Source: Balanoglossus misakiensis
Taxonomy: Eukaryota; Animalia; Hemichordata
Direction: 5' to 3'
DNA: 64,000 nucleotides
Assembly: GCA_040954595.2 (NCBI GenBank)
Contig: CM082579.2
Location: 3,585,227-3,649,226, forward strand
The notes under the pieces were generated by a model. It saw only the letters and a list, made by a program, of their open reading frames with translations. It was not told where the DNA came from and ran no database searches. Made by a program: the position numbers and the translations under genes. Numbering within the stretch: position 1 is the stretch's first letter; each line of letters begins with the position of its first letter. This document shows, in pieces, positions 23,596 through 35,613 of this stretch.

Positions 23596-25570
23596 TTATT
23601 GTCCTGGTAGTACAAGTTCATATCGAGCTGATGAACCACCGCTCTGAGTTAGGTGTTCCACAATCTCATTCGCATCTCGGATTTTCTTGATCACCAGGTA
23701 CCTGCCATCTCCACTGCCGTACGATTTACTCTTCAAGCCAAACTTTCCAGCAGCCTGGTGAATCAGTTTGCGTTCGTCGTTGTTCAGCTCGGAGGAGAAC
23801 ACCAAATCGTCCTGGTTATCCGACAGTGCATAGTTCTTGATGATCTCCTGCGCGGTCTTGAAGTCAATTTTATCGGTGCCCGCCGGTCGGCCCATGCCGA
23901 GTCCTTCCCTGCGGTGTCTCTCCTCGATGGCGATCGGTTCCTCGATTCCCTTGTTTCCTTCCTTTCCCAGCCCCCCTCCACTCCAGCCCATCTTCTTCAT
24001 GAGTTTACTTCCGATGTTGGAATCCGGCAGCACTTGCTTCTGCGGCACGGCCGTGCTCATCACCTGCGATTTGCTGATGGCCTCCTCGATTTCCGGGTTG
24101 ACTTTGATGGTTGGGCAGGTCTTCCTCAGTCTGGTCAACGCCTTCTCGGCGGCCAGTCTCTTGGCATCTTTCTTCTGGGCATGAACTCCGACCCCGACCA
24201 CCTGTCCTTCAATGATAACCTTGCATACGTGTTTACTGACAAACGATTTCTGTCCTCCTGTGCTCTGGGTCAGGTCCTTGAACTCAAACGAAACTGCATG
24301 CTTCGACACCTGACATGAGTTCATGATGGTACATATAGGGCTGATTTCCTTGGGATATTCCATGATCACAAGTCGGGATAATGGATTCTGTTTGTCCTGA
24401 TTTGTTTCGCTTCCACTGTCTGAATTGTTCCCTTTCTTCGAAAGTGCTATTAATTCTGGCCTCGTTATTCTTTGTCCGTTGATATTCCTGGTTACGTCTC
24501 TCACTATCAGCTGCTCATTTCTCAGAAGAACAATGGCCTTCTCACCGCACAGTCTCTTTGCCTCTGGCTTGTTTGAACTCTCGGCACTGGTAACGTACAC
24601 GCCGTTTATGTGAAGTATTGACTCCCACCTGTGGTTCATCAACACTTTCCCCTTCTTGCTGAGCGCAGCCCCGCTGTCACTGGTCTGTATAATCTGTGAT
24701 CGGTCAGCGTATGTAAACTCAGGTCGGAGTGAAAACTTTGCCAGGGCATTTCCAAGCACACCGAGTGGGTTGGCCGCCTCTTTTACGACGAGCTTATTGA
24801 TCTGCGTGGGAAGCTGTTGCAACGCAGCTGGATTAAGTGCCACTGAGCTATTGGGGTTCTGTGATGCCACTGATGGGGGATGATTGTCACTGTGTTTTGT
24901 GTGACCTGTCTCTTTTCTTGGGAACTTTGTAGCTGGTGTATCATCATCATCACTGTCGGGCTTGCTCTTTCTTTTACTACCGGTGACAAGTGGTGGTCTT
25001 TTAGGTGCCTCGGTTTGACAGGATTTTCCAATCTCGATTCCAGCACCAAGTGTGTTCACTCGTTCCATAAGCTCGGGAGCATATCTTTAAATAGACACAG
25101 GAAGAAAGGGGACAAGTCAGATCATGTGTGGTTGGAATTCATGTCCGTATTGTATAGTGGGGAAATTTACTTCTGTTTGGATAAACGGCCGTCAACCTCT
25201 ATACCAGCTGCCAACTCTCTGATTTTCTCCATCAACTCACGGTCATACCTGGAAAAAGAGGAATATTTAGCCATTGGTATTTTACGTCCACACGGGTACA
25301 TACAAACGTTCAAATGTTTGACTATGGCACGGTCAACACTTCATGTGTTTTAGTGTGGCTGATCGTTAGGAATGAGTGGTCGACTTACTTGCAACCGTCG
25401 AATTGCATATTTGCCCATACCATGGACATTGAAATAAGTTGGTGCTCAGGATAATTATCGCTATTCCGCAAAATGAACGCTTTTCTCGCTTCCCAATGGT
25501 GTGTTGGCTCGTAATGGTGACGAAATGTGTCAATTCGGGAAGCTAAATCACCTTGGCGAGGTTCGGCCAT
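23596..25570 (-). CDS. NKRF: NF-kappaB-repressing factor-like protein (XTBD, dsRBD-like folds, G-patch, R3H), 3 exons
   Basis: Exon 1 (~25389-25570) is an XRN2-binding domain: HHWEARKAFILRN...SMVWANMQFDGCKY. Exon 2 ~25171-25248. Exon 3 (23596-~25084) has two dsRBD-like segments (KKDAKRLAAEKAL), G-patch NIGSKLMKKMGWSGGGLGKEGNKGIEEPI and R3H ERKLIHQAAGKFGLKSKSYG. Confidence 0.9.
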
Positions 25571-26142
25571 GTTGAATACTAAATTTCAGCGTTTGCAAAA
25601 TGTCGTTCGACTAAAGTAATTTTCCATATCAGTTTTTATTCTAAGTAAAAATAAGCATCTGAAAATTCTTTATTATTTTTCTTTTGCTCGTATGTTGATA
25701 ATTATACTGATTAATGTCCGAATCACTTGTCTAAAGATCTTCAAATTGGTATCGAAAAAGGGCCATTAAAATAGAAAACTACATATCTTGAAACGAGATC
25801 AGCGCCAATCTCGTAACATCACGCGAGAGGGTTTACATCAAAATGGCGACCTCCATCGTCAGAAAAATATCGACGGAAACTAACCCGTAGCTATGTACAT
25901 TTGTCGATAAATGCGTTCAACTCAAAGACTATTTCAATATGTTTACACTGGTAGTGGAGAATGCAGTCTGCAGCGACCGCCTTATCCATTATCGACGACC
26001 TTCGACAACTCTGTTTACCTCGGGCCTACCGGCTGTTTACGTCGTTTTGTGTTTCCTTCTCGGATAGTCCGCCTGACCTTCCGTGACCTTTGTTGACATT
26101 CTAGATTTCTGCAAGTTCGTCTGTTTTGTGTATCACGTCAAA
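25571..26142. promoter_or_regulatory. Probable bidirectional promoter between NKRF and PDZD8
   Basis: Start codons diverge about 570 bp apart; YY1-like CAAAATGGCG near 25839-25848 and ACGCGAGA at 25821; locally CpG-rich. Confidence 0.55.
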
Positions 26143-29100
26143 ATGTTGCTAGTTATTCTACTGTCGATGATCGTGGGCGGTCTGTGCACTATCGTCTTTC
26201 AGATAATCATGTTTTATTCTTACGTAAGGAACCAACCTCTTATTGGCACTGGGAAACCACGATATGAAAGGGCTCAAATGCCAAAGGTGGGTCTAAAGCA
26301 CAGTGTAAACGAAGCCATTATTTTAGTGTCACGCTAACGACGTTGAATTCATTACTGTTGCATATTATCCTGAAACGTATTGTAGAGCTGTGCATAAGCA
26401 TATGTCATCATTCATGTATCCTCCTCCTCCTCCTCATCCTCCTCATCATCATCATCATCATCATCAGCTGAGGAAACTTGAACATTGCTGCAAACTGTTG
26501 TCTTGTAACTTTTTCGGAGCCATCTATTTGATGTAATTCTTTCAAAGATATATTTAGTGGAATGATCATTGATGTGAAACCATAGGGGTGAAACTCATAA
26601 ATTTAAAATGGGACATAGTCAGTACTCATATCACCAACATTTCATTCATTCCAGCTTTCACTTCCCCATTGACCTATTTTATAATGAAATGATTTGCTCC
26701 ATTGTGTAACATTCTCTTTGGTCCACTTCTCTGTGCTTCCTGCATGGATTTTCCAATGGCAGGTCGGTAACTTTTCATGACACTGACACTGTTGATTTTG
26801 TTTAAAGGAACTGGGAAAGTACCAAGATGTGGTAGCGAAGAGAGAGTCTCTGCATTGCCTCAACTTTGTCCTGGCATTCCTCTTTGGCGAACTGAAGGAC
26901 ACCGAACGGGTGCGGCGATGGATTGTGAAAAAGATGAACGTCGAATTCGATGAACTGTTGCAGACAAAAACCCTGGGGAGGGTTATTGAGGCACTCACAG
27001 TAAGTGGGTTAATAATTAACCATCAAGATAAATTTCAGCTGTTTCAGCTGCCGTATTCATTATTCCAACTCTTCCAAGAGGTCCTCTGCAACTTTTGGTT
27101 ATGCACTCTGGTAGAATACTAGAATGTATACACAAAGATTAAGAGTTTCCTTCTGTCTTTCCAGGTCAGGGAGTACTCTTTGGGAACTGCTTTACCGATA
27201 TTCAAAAATGCTACACTGTTGAAGGCCAAGCCATCTGACATGGAACAAGTACCTGAGGTGAGACACTGCATCTACCATGCTATCATTCCTCTTTACTGTA
27301 GGTTGTGGTGCAGAATTTGGTCACAGAATTCAATTTGATTATCAAGTACTGAAAATGCTCCAAATACCTAATCTTTTATATAACCAGTGTTTGAAATATA
27401 CACTTTTCATCCATCTGTGTGTCACAGGAACTTGACATAAGTCTTGAAGTGGAGTACAGCGGTGGGTTCCGATTGGCCGTTGATGCAGATCTGGTATTTG
27501 GCAGAACTGCCTTTGTCAGTATTACACTGAAACATTTACAAGGGAAAGGTCGCCTGCAACTCACGAGGCATCCATACACTCACTGGTCATTTGCATTCTA
27601 CACGGTAAGTTTCAACCCTCCCTCCCCCATATCCCACTGTAGAGGTCTAGCTTTACTGTTTAAAACAATGGATTTGGACAAAGCTGTAGTGAGAAGCACT
27701 CTGGAAAACCCCTGGAAAGTGCTGAATAAATGTCTCTTTTCTTTTACCAATATCAGGAACCTGAAATGGAATTCGAAGTAGAGTCGCAGTTTGAAGGTCG
27801 CATCGTCAGCCAGCTGGGATCTCTGATTGTCAATCAAGTAAGCAGCTGATTATTTTATTACAATGAAAAATTTTGGTTGCCATGCAACATGATCCAGTTC
27901 ATACCACATGCTACTCTACACACAGACTTGCTTGTACTTTCACAGTAACCATTGATGATGTATTGTATCTGTATCTGTAACAGATTCGGCGATCAATCCG
28001 CAAGAAGCACACATTACCCAATTACAAGATCCGATACAAACCTTTCTTCATCAAACCCGATCCTCCGCACCTCATCGATGACATTTTAGTGAACGACATC
28101 AAAGTGTCAATCGGCAGATTACAAGTCACAGTTGTGGAGTGCACCAGACTTCCTACATTACCCACCGAATCTGAAATATTCTGTACTTTAGCTGTTGGTG
28201 AGTAATGTGATCAAATTTTATATTATAAGTGCAGTTAGCAGCAGGACCATGCAGACTGCAATATCATATCAACTTGTTATTCTTTATTCCCTCAGATTCT
28301 TCTCCCTATAAGCAGAGAAGATCCGGCAGCAAACCCATGAGGATTCCCTACTACACCGTGGAAGTTGAGATCAAACGGAACAACCAAGCTCAGCCGTTGG
28401 GAACATCGTTCAGGCAAAGCATGACGGCAGATGAGACTGATGAAGTGGTCATCTTGGATGCCGTCACACAAAATTCGCCTGCCAGTTCTACCGACTTGAA
28501 GAAGGTAATGATGTTGTTGTTTGTGTGTGTGAATTTCTTGTCAAGCATTTCATGTGACTGTTTAGCCGTTCAATTCAATCCTGCATCATGAAAAAGGCAC
28601 TAATTGTTCTATGCATGGTTTCTGCAGGGTGATGTTCTTGTTTCTGTTGACGGCGGGAAGGTGATGTCAGTCAAACATGCAGCTAAACTTGTAAAACAGG
28701 CTGGAGAAAAGTAAGTTTTATTAAAGACAGACACGACAAAATTGTTTATGGATTGTGTGGTAGGAGGTATACATGTAATTTGATTGTTCCTGTGTGGTTT
28801 GGACAACACAGCAAGATCATCTACATTTACAGTTTTAAGGAGCTTGCATTAAAATTGTGGTTTTACTGCATTCCTGTATTGCAAGAAACTCTCGTTCTTC
28901 CATCTGTAGAGTCATGATGAAGGTGAGAAGACCTGTTGGCGCTTTGCCAGACGATGGTTCTCTATCGGACTTGACGCAGAGCCAAACCGTCTACGCAGAG
29001 GAGTCTGTTACTCTGAAAGCCGACAGCGTTGCTAGGTTACAAGACAGTAAAGATGACGACGATTTTGTCAACATCACCATCAAGAAGGTGGACTCCAATT

Positions 29101-32100
29101 CTAGCGTGGACAGCCAAGCTGTAGCATCCGCGACGCTGCCGGCCGCGGTGCTGGATGTCGATGACGGCTCCGCGAAACAGAAAGCGACCAGCTCCCCCAT
29201 GCTGATACGCCGCAAACTGCAGACTGCCGTCGGCGTGGGAGTGCGCGCGTTCAGCGGCAAGGGGGACGACAGCAAGGCGGGAGACGTCGGGAAGGCTGTC
29301 AAAAATGGCGGCGTGAAAACGGACGACGCCGAGGTCGTCAAGGAGAGCAAAGGGAAGTCGAGCCTTGAGGCACCCAGAGACGGAGGCAAAGAGGCTACTT
29401 GCAGGAAAGACAGCGAACAAAGCAAGCAGGACGCTTCGCTCCATGTGACTGACAGTTCAGGGAGTCTGAGTCGCAGGGGCAGTGGTCAGTCGATGAAAGA
29501 CGGGCAGACGGAGGTGGATTCGGGAGATCTTGCTAGCGACAGCGCCTCTCTGCTAACCAAGTTTGAGGATCTGTACGACATTGAAACCAAGAGGACTTCA
29601 AATATACCTGCATTGTTGGTAAGTTCAAGATCAATGTAGCACCCCCATTGTGTGTGTGGGTTTGAGAACTTTTGGACATTTGTTTTTGAGTCAGTCTTCA
29701 GTCTTACACTTGGTGGACATGCATAATTTATCTAACTGACATACCGGTAGGTGTAATTCTTTTCCATGGGAATGTCACAGTGTGTACAAATTTTCCTGCA
29801 GGATCCAGCTTGGGACGAAACATTCCAGTTTGACGTGTACGACTCAGACCAGTACTTGCATGTGTGCGTCTGGTGTAAAGGCTTCATAGCGGGCAAACCG
29901 CACAAGGAGACACTGATCAGTTACACCAACATACCGCTGATGAATATAGCACTGCAGTGTCTGACAACGGCCTCTGGGGAATACCTGCAGACTTTCCATC
30001 TTCAGCCGCCGGAGCGAAGAGCTGGGTCAAGGTGGGTCAGGAAGAGCATCCAGATCGGCCTTGAAAAGTCGGGTCAAATACTTAGGTCACTGACATTGTA
30101 AAATAGAGAGACGATTATGATTAACGTTCCCTTAACCAACTAACTGCAGTGAAATGAAACTATCCCATCTCTGTTTTTCTTAATTGCTAGTCGCCGTGGG
30201 TTGCATCCAGAACTATCAGCACACCGCGGTTTTGAAGAGAGTTTGTGCTACGGCGATGTGACTCTCCTATTTCACCACAAACCCGACCCAACCATGCATA
30301 ATCTGACCCGAGATGATGTGCACATCGACGTCAAGAGACAAGCGGAGCCCGCCACGTTACCAGCAGAGCCGGACACCAAGCCCACGAAAACCACAACGTC
30401 TGCAGTGCCAGCCCCGAGTAAAAAAGTGGAAGAGGCAATCCCGAAGAAGATACCAGTCAGCGTTGAGAAGGAAAGCGAACGAATGGCGAATTCAGTGCAG
30501 TCTGCCGAAATCAGGTACAGTGGAACTGTTATGCAGTTTATGTGATGAGTGGCCTTCATGAAGGATAGACAGTTGACACGTTGAGGAAAGTCCCTTGACT
30601 GACCCACTAGACAAGTTTGACTGTATCCCCAATGTGTTTAGTACTGCAACTGTCATCTTTGAGGTGTGTGGAGGCATACCTTTTCAGGCAAAAGTTATAA
30701 AGTTATGTCTTGATGATTTGTTTTGGCAGCAAAGCTAACAGCCACATCTGGGTGGGAACTCAGTTTCATTCACCAACAAGATGTGACTTCTGTTCAAAGA
30801 AGGTGAGTGTCCGAATCCTTTTGGGGGAAAAATGTCTATGTAGCACAGGGTACTGATAATGGTTTCAGTATTTCTTTGTTTTCTACAAGAAGCAGACAGT
30901 CCTGAATTGCAATTCGTCCATTTGATATGGTTGGGTTTTTTTTAAACACAGGTGTGGACTAAGTATGCCTTTAGGTGCAATGTGTGTTCCATGATTTGCC
31001 ACAAGAAATGCCAAGAGAAAGCACAGATACACACCTACTGTACAAAGTAAGTCATCCCTTCACCTCGTACCACTCTCGATTTTGAATTTTCATCAGCGCT
31101 CTTCTCCCACAGTGACAATATTTTATTTTATCAAACTTCACAGGGAAGGCGCTCGGAGGAGCTCCACAAGCATGCCCCTGACAGAGACCAACAAACCGAT
31201 CAAAGACGACGCAAACATCAAAGCTGGGGTGTCCACCCAGTCGCCGAAATCCTCACCCAAGCTCTTGGCCAGGAGTTTGCACTTGACCAGCAAGCTGCCC
31301 TTAGGCTATCGAATTTCCGGCGGCAAGGCAGCGACAATTCAGGACGGGGCATCGGACAATGAAGGAAGCGACACAGACAGTCTGGCGGGTAACGCCCGGT
31401 CGCTCAAGTCACAGCTGCTTCAGAGCTGCGGACCACGCACAAAGACTGGTGATGCCGATGCTCTGGTTGTGTCTGCAGCTAAAGAGGTGAGGTCACCGTA
31501 TTAAACATGCTCTGATCACCGTACTTGTTCTCTTGTGATGGAAGACTGTGTCCCTTTACTGTAATGTTTACTTGAATTATTCTGATTATTTTCAGATGGG
31601 CAAGGAACTGTTCAGTAATCTAGAATTGCAGGAGAGGAAAGAGAAATTGGATGCCATGGTAAGGGGCTACAACTTCCCTGATGTGGTATTTTGCCCCGGT
31701 TTTAGAGAACTTAAATGGAGAAAGATACATGTAACCTCACACACACAAATGGACACAGATGTGGATAAATTTTAAGTGCAGAAAATGTGTACGTACACAA
31801 ACACATCCATACCAACATGCACATACATACAATACAACTCATATCAATCCCAATCATTCCTGGTACCTGTGTATCTCTTCCAATTTCCAGATCAGCAAAC
31901 TGCAGCAGGAGATTGACCAGGAGTCGGAATCCCGAACGGACCTCTTCAAGGAAGAGAAGCAGTGCACGGATCTCAAAGAGAAAGCCCGCCTGGGAGCGCA
32001 GGTCAACAAGAGCGACGAACGGCTGCAAGCCCTGGCCCTTCTGATGCTCCACTACTGTGCGGGACTCAACGACTGCACCGAGCAAGAGGAGCGAGAGAAA

Positions 32101-32940
32101 CTCAAGCAGGCTCAGGAGGCGCAAGAAGATGCCAAGACGGAGCACCCCGGTCTAGATGATGAGGACAGTGCTAAAGCAGCACCGGCAGCTCACGAGGCAC
32201 AAGGTCAACCCAGACTGGAACCAACCAGTTCTGAAGAACAGGCCGAGACGGAGGTCACCACTCGTGACGGCGGGGAAGATGCTAAATTGGAACTGGCAAC
32301 TCAAAATGAACAAGCTCAACCCAAACTAGAACCGACCAGTTCTGAAGAACAGGTCGAACTACCAGAAGGGCTGGTCGAGGAAGAAGCAGAGAGGGAATAT
32401 TTCCCGTTCGAGGAGGTCAGAGAGGACACCCGAGGAAGCTCTGGAGAAGAGCTGTCCAGCGAAGAAGAGAGAGATCTCGTTAAAATGGAAGAGGTGGTCG
32501 CCACTGAAGGTAGTAGAGAAGAGCTTGAGAGTGGCGATGTGAGGCAGAACGATGCAATGGAACATGGACTGGTACAGGATGATGAATCGACCATCGAAGT
32601 GTCCGAGAGGAGTGTTGATGGTGATGAAGAAGAAGAAGGTGATGACAACGATGGCGCAGACGCCCCTGGAGATGAAGATGACAATGAGATGGATTACGAG
32701 GAGGAGGAGGATGACATAGAGGAGAATGAACTTTTTGTATCTATGCGAAACGATGATTTTGCAAAGGTTGCCATGGATGAAGATGTAGTAGATGACAAAG
32801 AATCTGATGGTGATGATGCTGTGTTTGATCAGAAAAAGGAAGTATCAAGTGATGATAATGATGGTGAAGATGGTGATGCTGATGTTGTTACCAAAGATGA
32901 AGCAGATGCAGGGGAATTTGAAGAAATGAAAAAGCTGTAA
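26143..32940 (+). CDS. PDZD8: PDZ domain-containing protein 8 (TM, SMP, split C2, PDZ, C1, coiled coil), ER-organelle contact site lipid transfer protein, multi-exon
   Basis: N-terminal TM MLLVILLSMIVGGLCTIVFQ. SMP exons: ESLHCLNFVLAFLFGELKD, VEYSGGFRLAVDADL, GRLQLTRHPYTHWSFAFY, IRKKHTLPNYKIRYKPFF. PDZ: VTQNSPASSTDLKKGDVL. C2: DPAWDETFQFDV. C1: HIWVGTQFHSPTRCDFCSKKVWTKYAFRCNVCSMICHKKC. Coiled coil KLQQEIDQE...LMLHYCAGL. Stop 32938-32940. Confidence 0.92.
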
Positions 32941-35613
32941 AAACTATCATTGTGTGTTTGAAGCTGCATTAAAATATGATTCATAGAAGTACTATTTGTC
33001 AGGCAGATTACTCAAGAAAAAAAGAGATATGTATGACAATCATTCCATCCAGGGCAGATTACCAAATGACCCCCAAAAGGTCACAAGAAGACAGTAAGCA
33101 GTTCTTGACAGACACCCATATTCCTTACATAAATGTATGTATTGTTTCCTCTCAGTTCTGTTAGTATCATCCCTCTGGGAATATCTTTGATGTATATCTC
33201 AAATTGACATGTTGATACATGTATATTGGTTATTTTATTATCGCTCAGTCAATGATCTATGATGTATAGAAGGTGGTGATCAAGCGTAGTTTCCACTTGT
33301 GTCACAGTTAATGCTCAGTCAGTGACCAGCTAATTTTGTAGTAATGTGGTGTCACTGTTTAACTGTTAGTGCTCTGTCAATGATGGCTACTGTTTTGATC
33401 AAACTCGGTGTTCCAATGCACATCATGGTGATGGGGGACCACAACTCCTCTATCACAGAGAGTGTTCAGTCAGTGATCAGTTAATCTTCTGTTAGTGATC
33501 AGCTGTAGTGATTTGATCATACACAGTGTTAATTACTTAAGTGTCAGAGTTAGTGCTCATCTACGGTTTAATCTCATGATCAAAGTGTGTTTAATATTCA
33601 TATTCCAGTCAGTTACCTTGTGAGTGACCAGCTCATGGTTTAGTCACTTGGTCTGAGTCTGTGTTTTATTCATTGGTCTTGTTATCCAGCAACATGTAAT
33701 ATCTCAGTCGATGAATGTTCTGTGAAATCCAGGCATACAGTGTTGGATTTGTATTGCTCCTTACACTTGCAGTGTTTTTCCCCACGATAATGCTATGCCC
33801 GTGTCTGTCAGATTCATTGCCAGTGCCATCGTCTTGTCATTTTGTTGCTGTTGGATGAATATAGCAGTCTATATCAAACTGGTTTCTTTTGTCAATTTGG
33901 GGTGCTTCAATGTGTTCTAATCGTTTTGGGAGCAACTCATTTTAATCCTCATTGGAATATCTATTTGTTCTAGAATAAATGGTGCTGGGGGTCATTTCTG
34001 GGCAAAATAGAATTTGCCGAACGTAGCTACATTAGTACTGCATGCAATTGTTACAGTAATGCCGAAGGGAGGGAAATTAGGTCAATAACTGTAGAATATT
34101 TAGCTGTGTTATCAAACAGTTTATGGAGGGACTGCGCTTCAAAGAATTTAACTTTTGAATAGTCTTAGAAGGAAATTTACTCGCCGATTAATATCTTGCA
34201 ATGCCGAATGCAGTATAGATGAAAAAAGCAATAACGAACATATCTGGTTCTACTTAGAAGTGTGGTATATTTTATAGTTTTTACTGGGCAGTTTCATGTG
34301 CAATAAATTTACATGCCTGATGGTGATGCCTGTGATGGCTGTGTCATGCTACATTAAGTGAATTCAACTCTATGATCAGGTCACATCCGTGTTTTATGCC
34401 ACCAGTGAGTAAGTGTGTTTTTACATTTGTAAATGTTTATTCAGAATAAACTTGCTTGAGTGGAAAGCAGTGTCGATGTTAAACGTTTGTCACAAAATCT
34501 GTCTAGAATATTATAGAGAAACCTGTGCAATTTATCATATATTGGAAAGTAATGTGTTTGTCAATGATCTGTAAGATTGTATCTCTTCCTCCGTGTCACA
34601 AAGTTGTGTCAGTTTGTAACTAGTATTGTGAAGATTTTGTGTACTGATTAAAAATAAATATATTTGGAAAAACTTTCATTTTGTTTTCTACACGACCTTT
34701 TTGAATTGCATTTTCGATGCGCATACTTCCAAAGAGACTGCATGTTTGGTTGGAAAGTTCCAAATTTGATCTGTGGAACTGCAATATATTGTAGAAATGC
34801 CCACGACTTTGAATGCTGTGTATATCTTACACATAAACTCACCACACAACCAGTTTTTCAAATCTGAATACTTTTATTCAACACAAATTATTGCCTTGTT
34901 GTTGAGCTGCCAGTAAGAGCAGTCTCAGAAATCAACTGAAGAAATGTAACAGTTCTTGTTTGAACAAAATTTGGTACATGTCTATATGCAACATAATAAT
35001 CATCCTTGTACAGCATACTTGTGCTGTTTGAAACTCCAATAATAGTCCAGGTTGCCAGTAACTTGAAATCAAACGCATTAACCCCTGGGCATTGACAAAA
35101 ACATTTTTTCCCTCAAATACAGAAGAATTATGGAAGATCCCCGTACCCCAAAAAATACAACAGTTGCTACCTAAGTTGGTTAAATGATCATCCTTGGACA
35201 ATTTGGGAAAAGGTGACCACGAAAAAAGTGACATTGAGCAAAGAATATAAATTTCACCTTGATCTGTAAGTGATCATGAATGTAGACCGCATCGAAGTTT
35301 AGTCAAACAGTCTAAATGCAAAATGGCTCTAAACTACAGTTCGCACAGGAGTTGGGTACTGATCCAACAGTAGATGCACCCACAATTCTTTGCAACTTCC
35401 TGTGATTTGACTCTTACAACAGAATCATTCATGCCATCCCAGACACCCAGAATTTTTATAAACACTTTCACCCACAATGCATTGCAACTTCCTGTGATTT
35501 GAACCACCCCACCACTTCCAATGCAGAACTGAGTCACTGTATGCTATCCTAGGTCTGATCTAGTCTCATGCAGGTACAAGTGTTACTGTGCATATAGGGG
35601 ACCTCAACAGCCA

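Noticed and set aside
23653-24318. 221-aa plus-strand ORF antisense to NKRF, and similar antisense ORFs over PDZD8, PIBF1 and the GPCR
   Set aside because: Shadow ORFs caused by GC3-rich codon usage on the coding strand; no recognisable domains.
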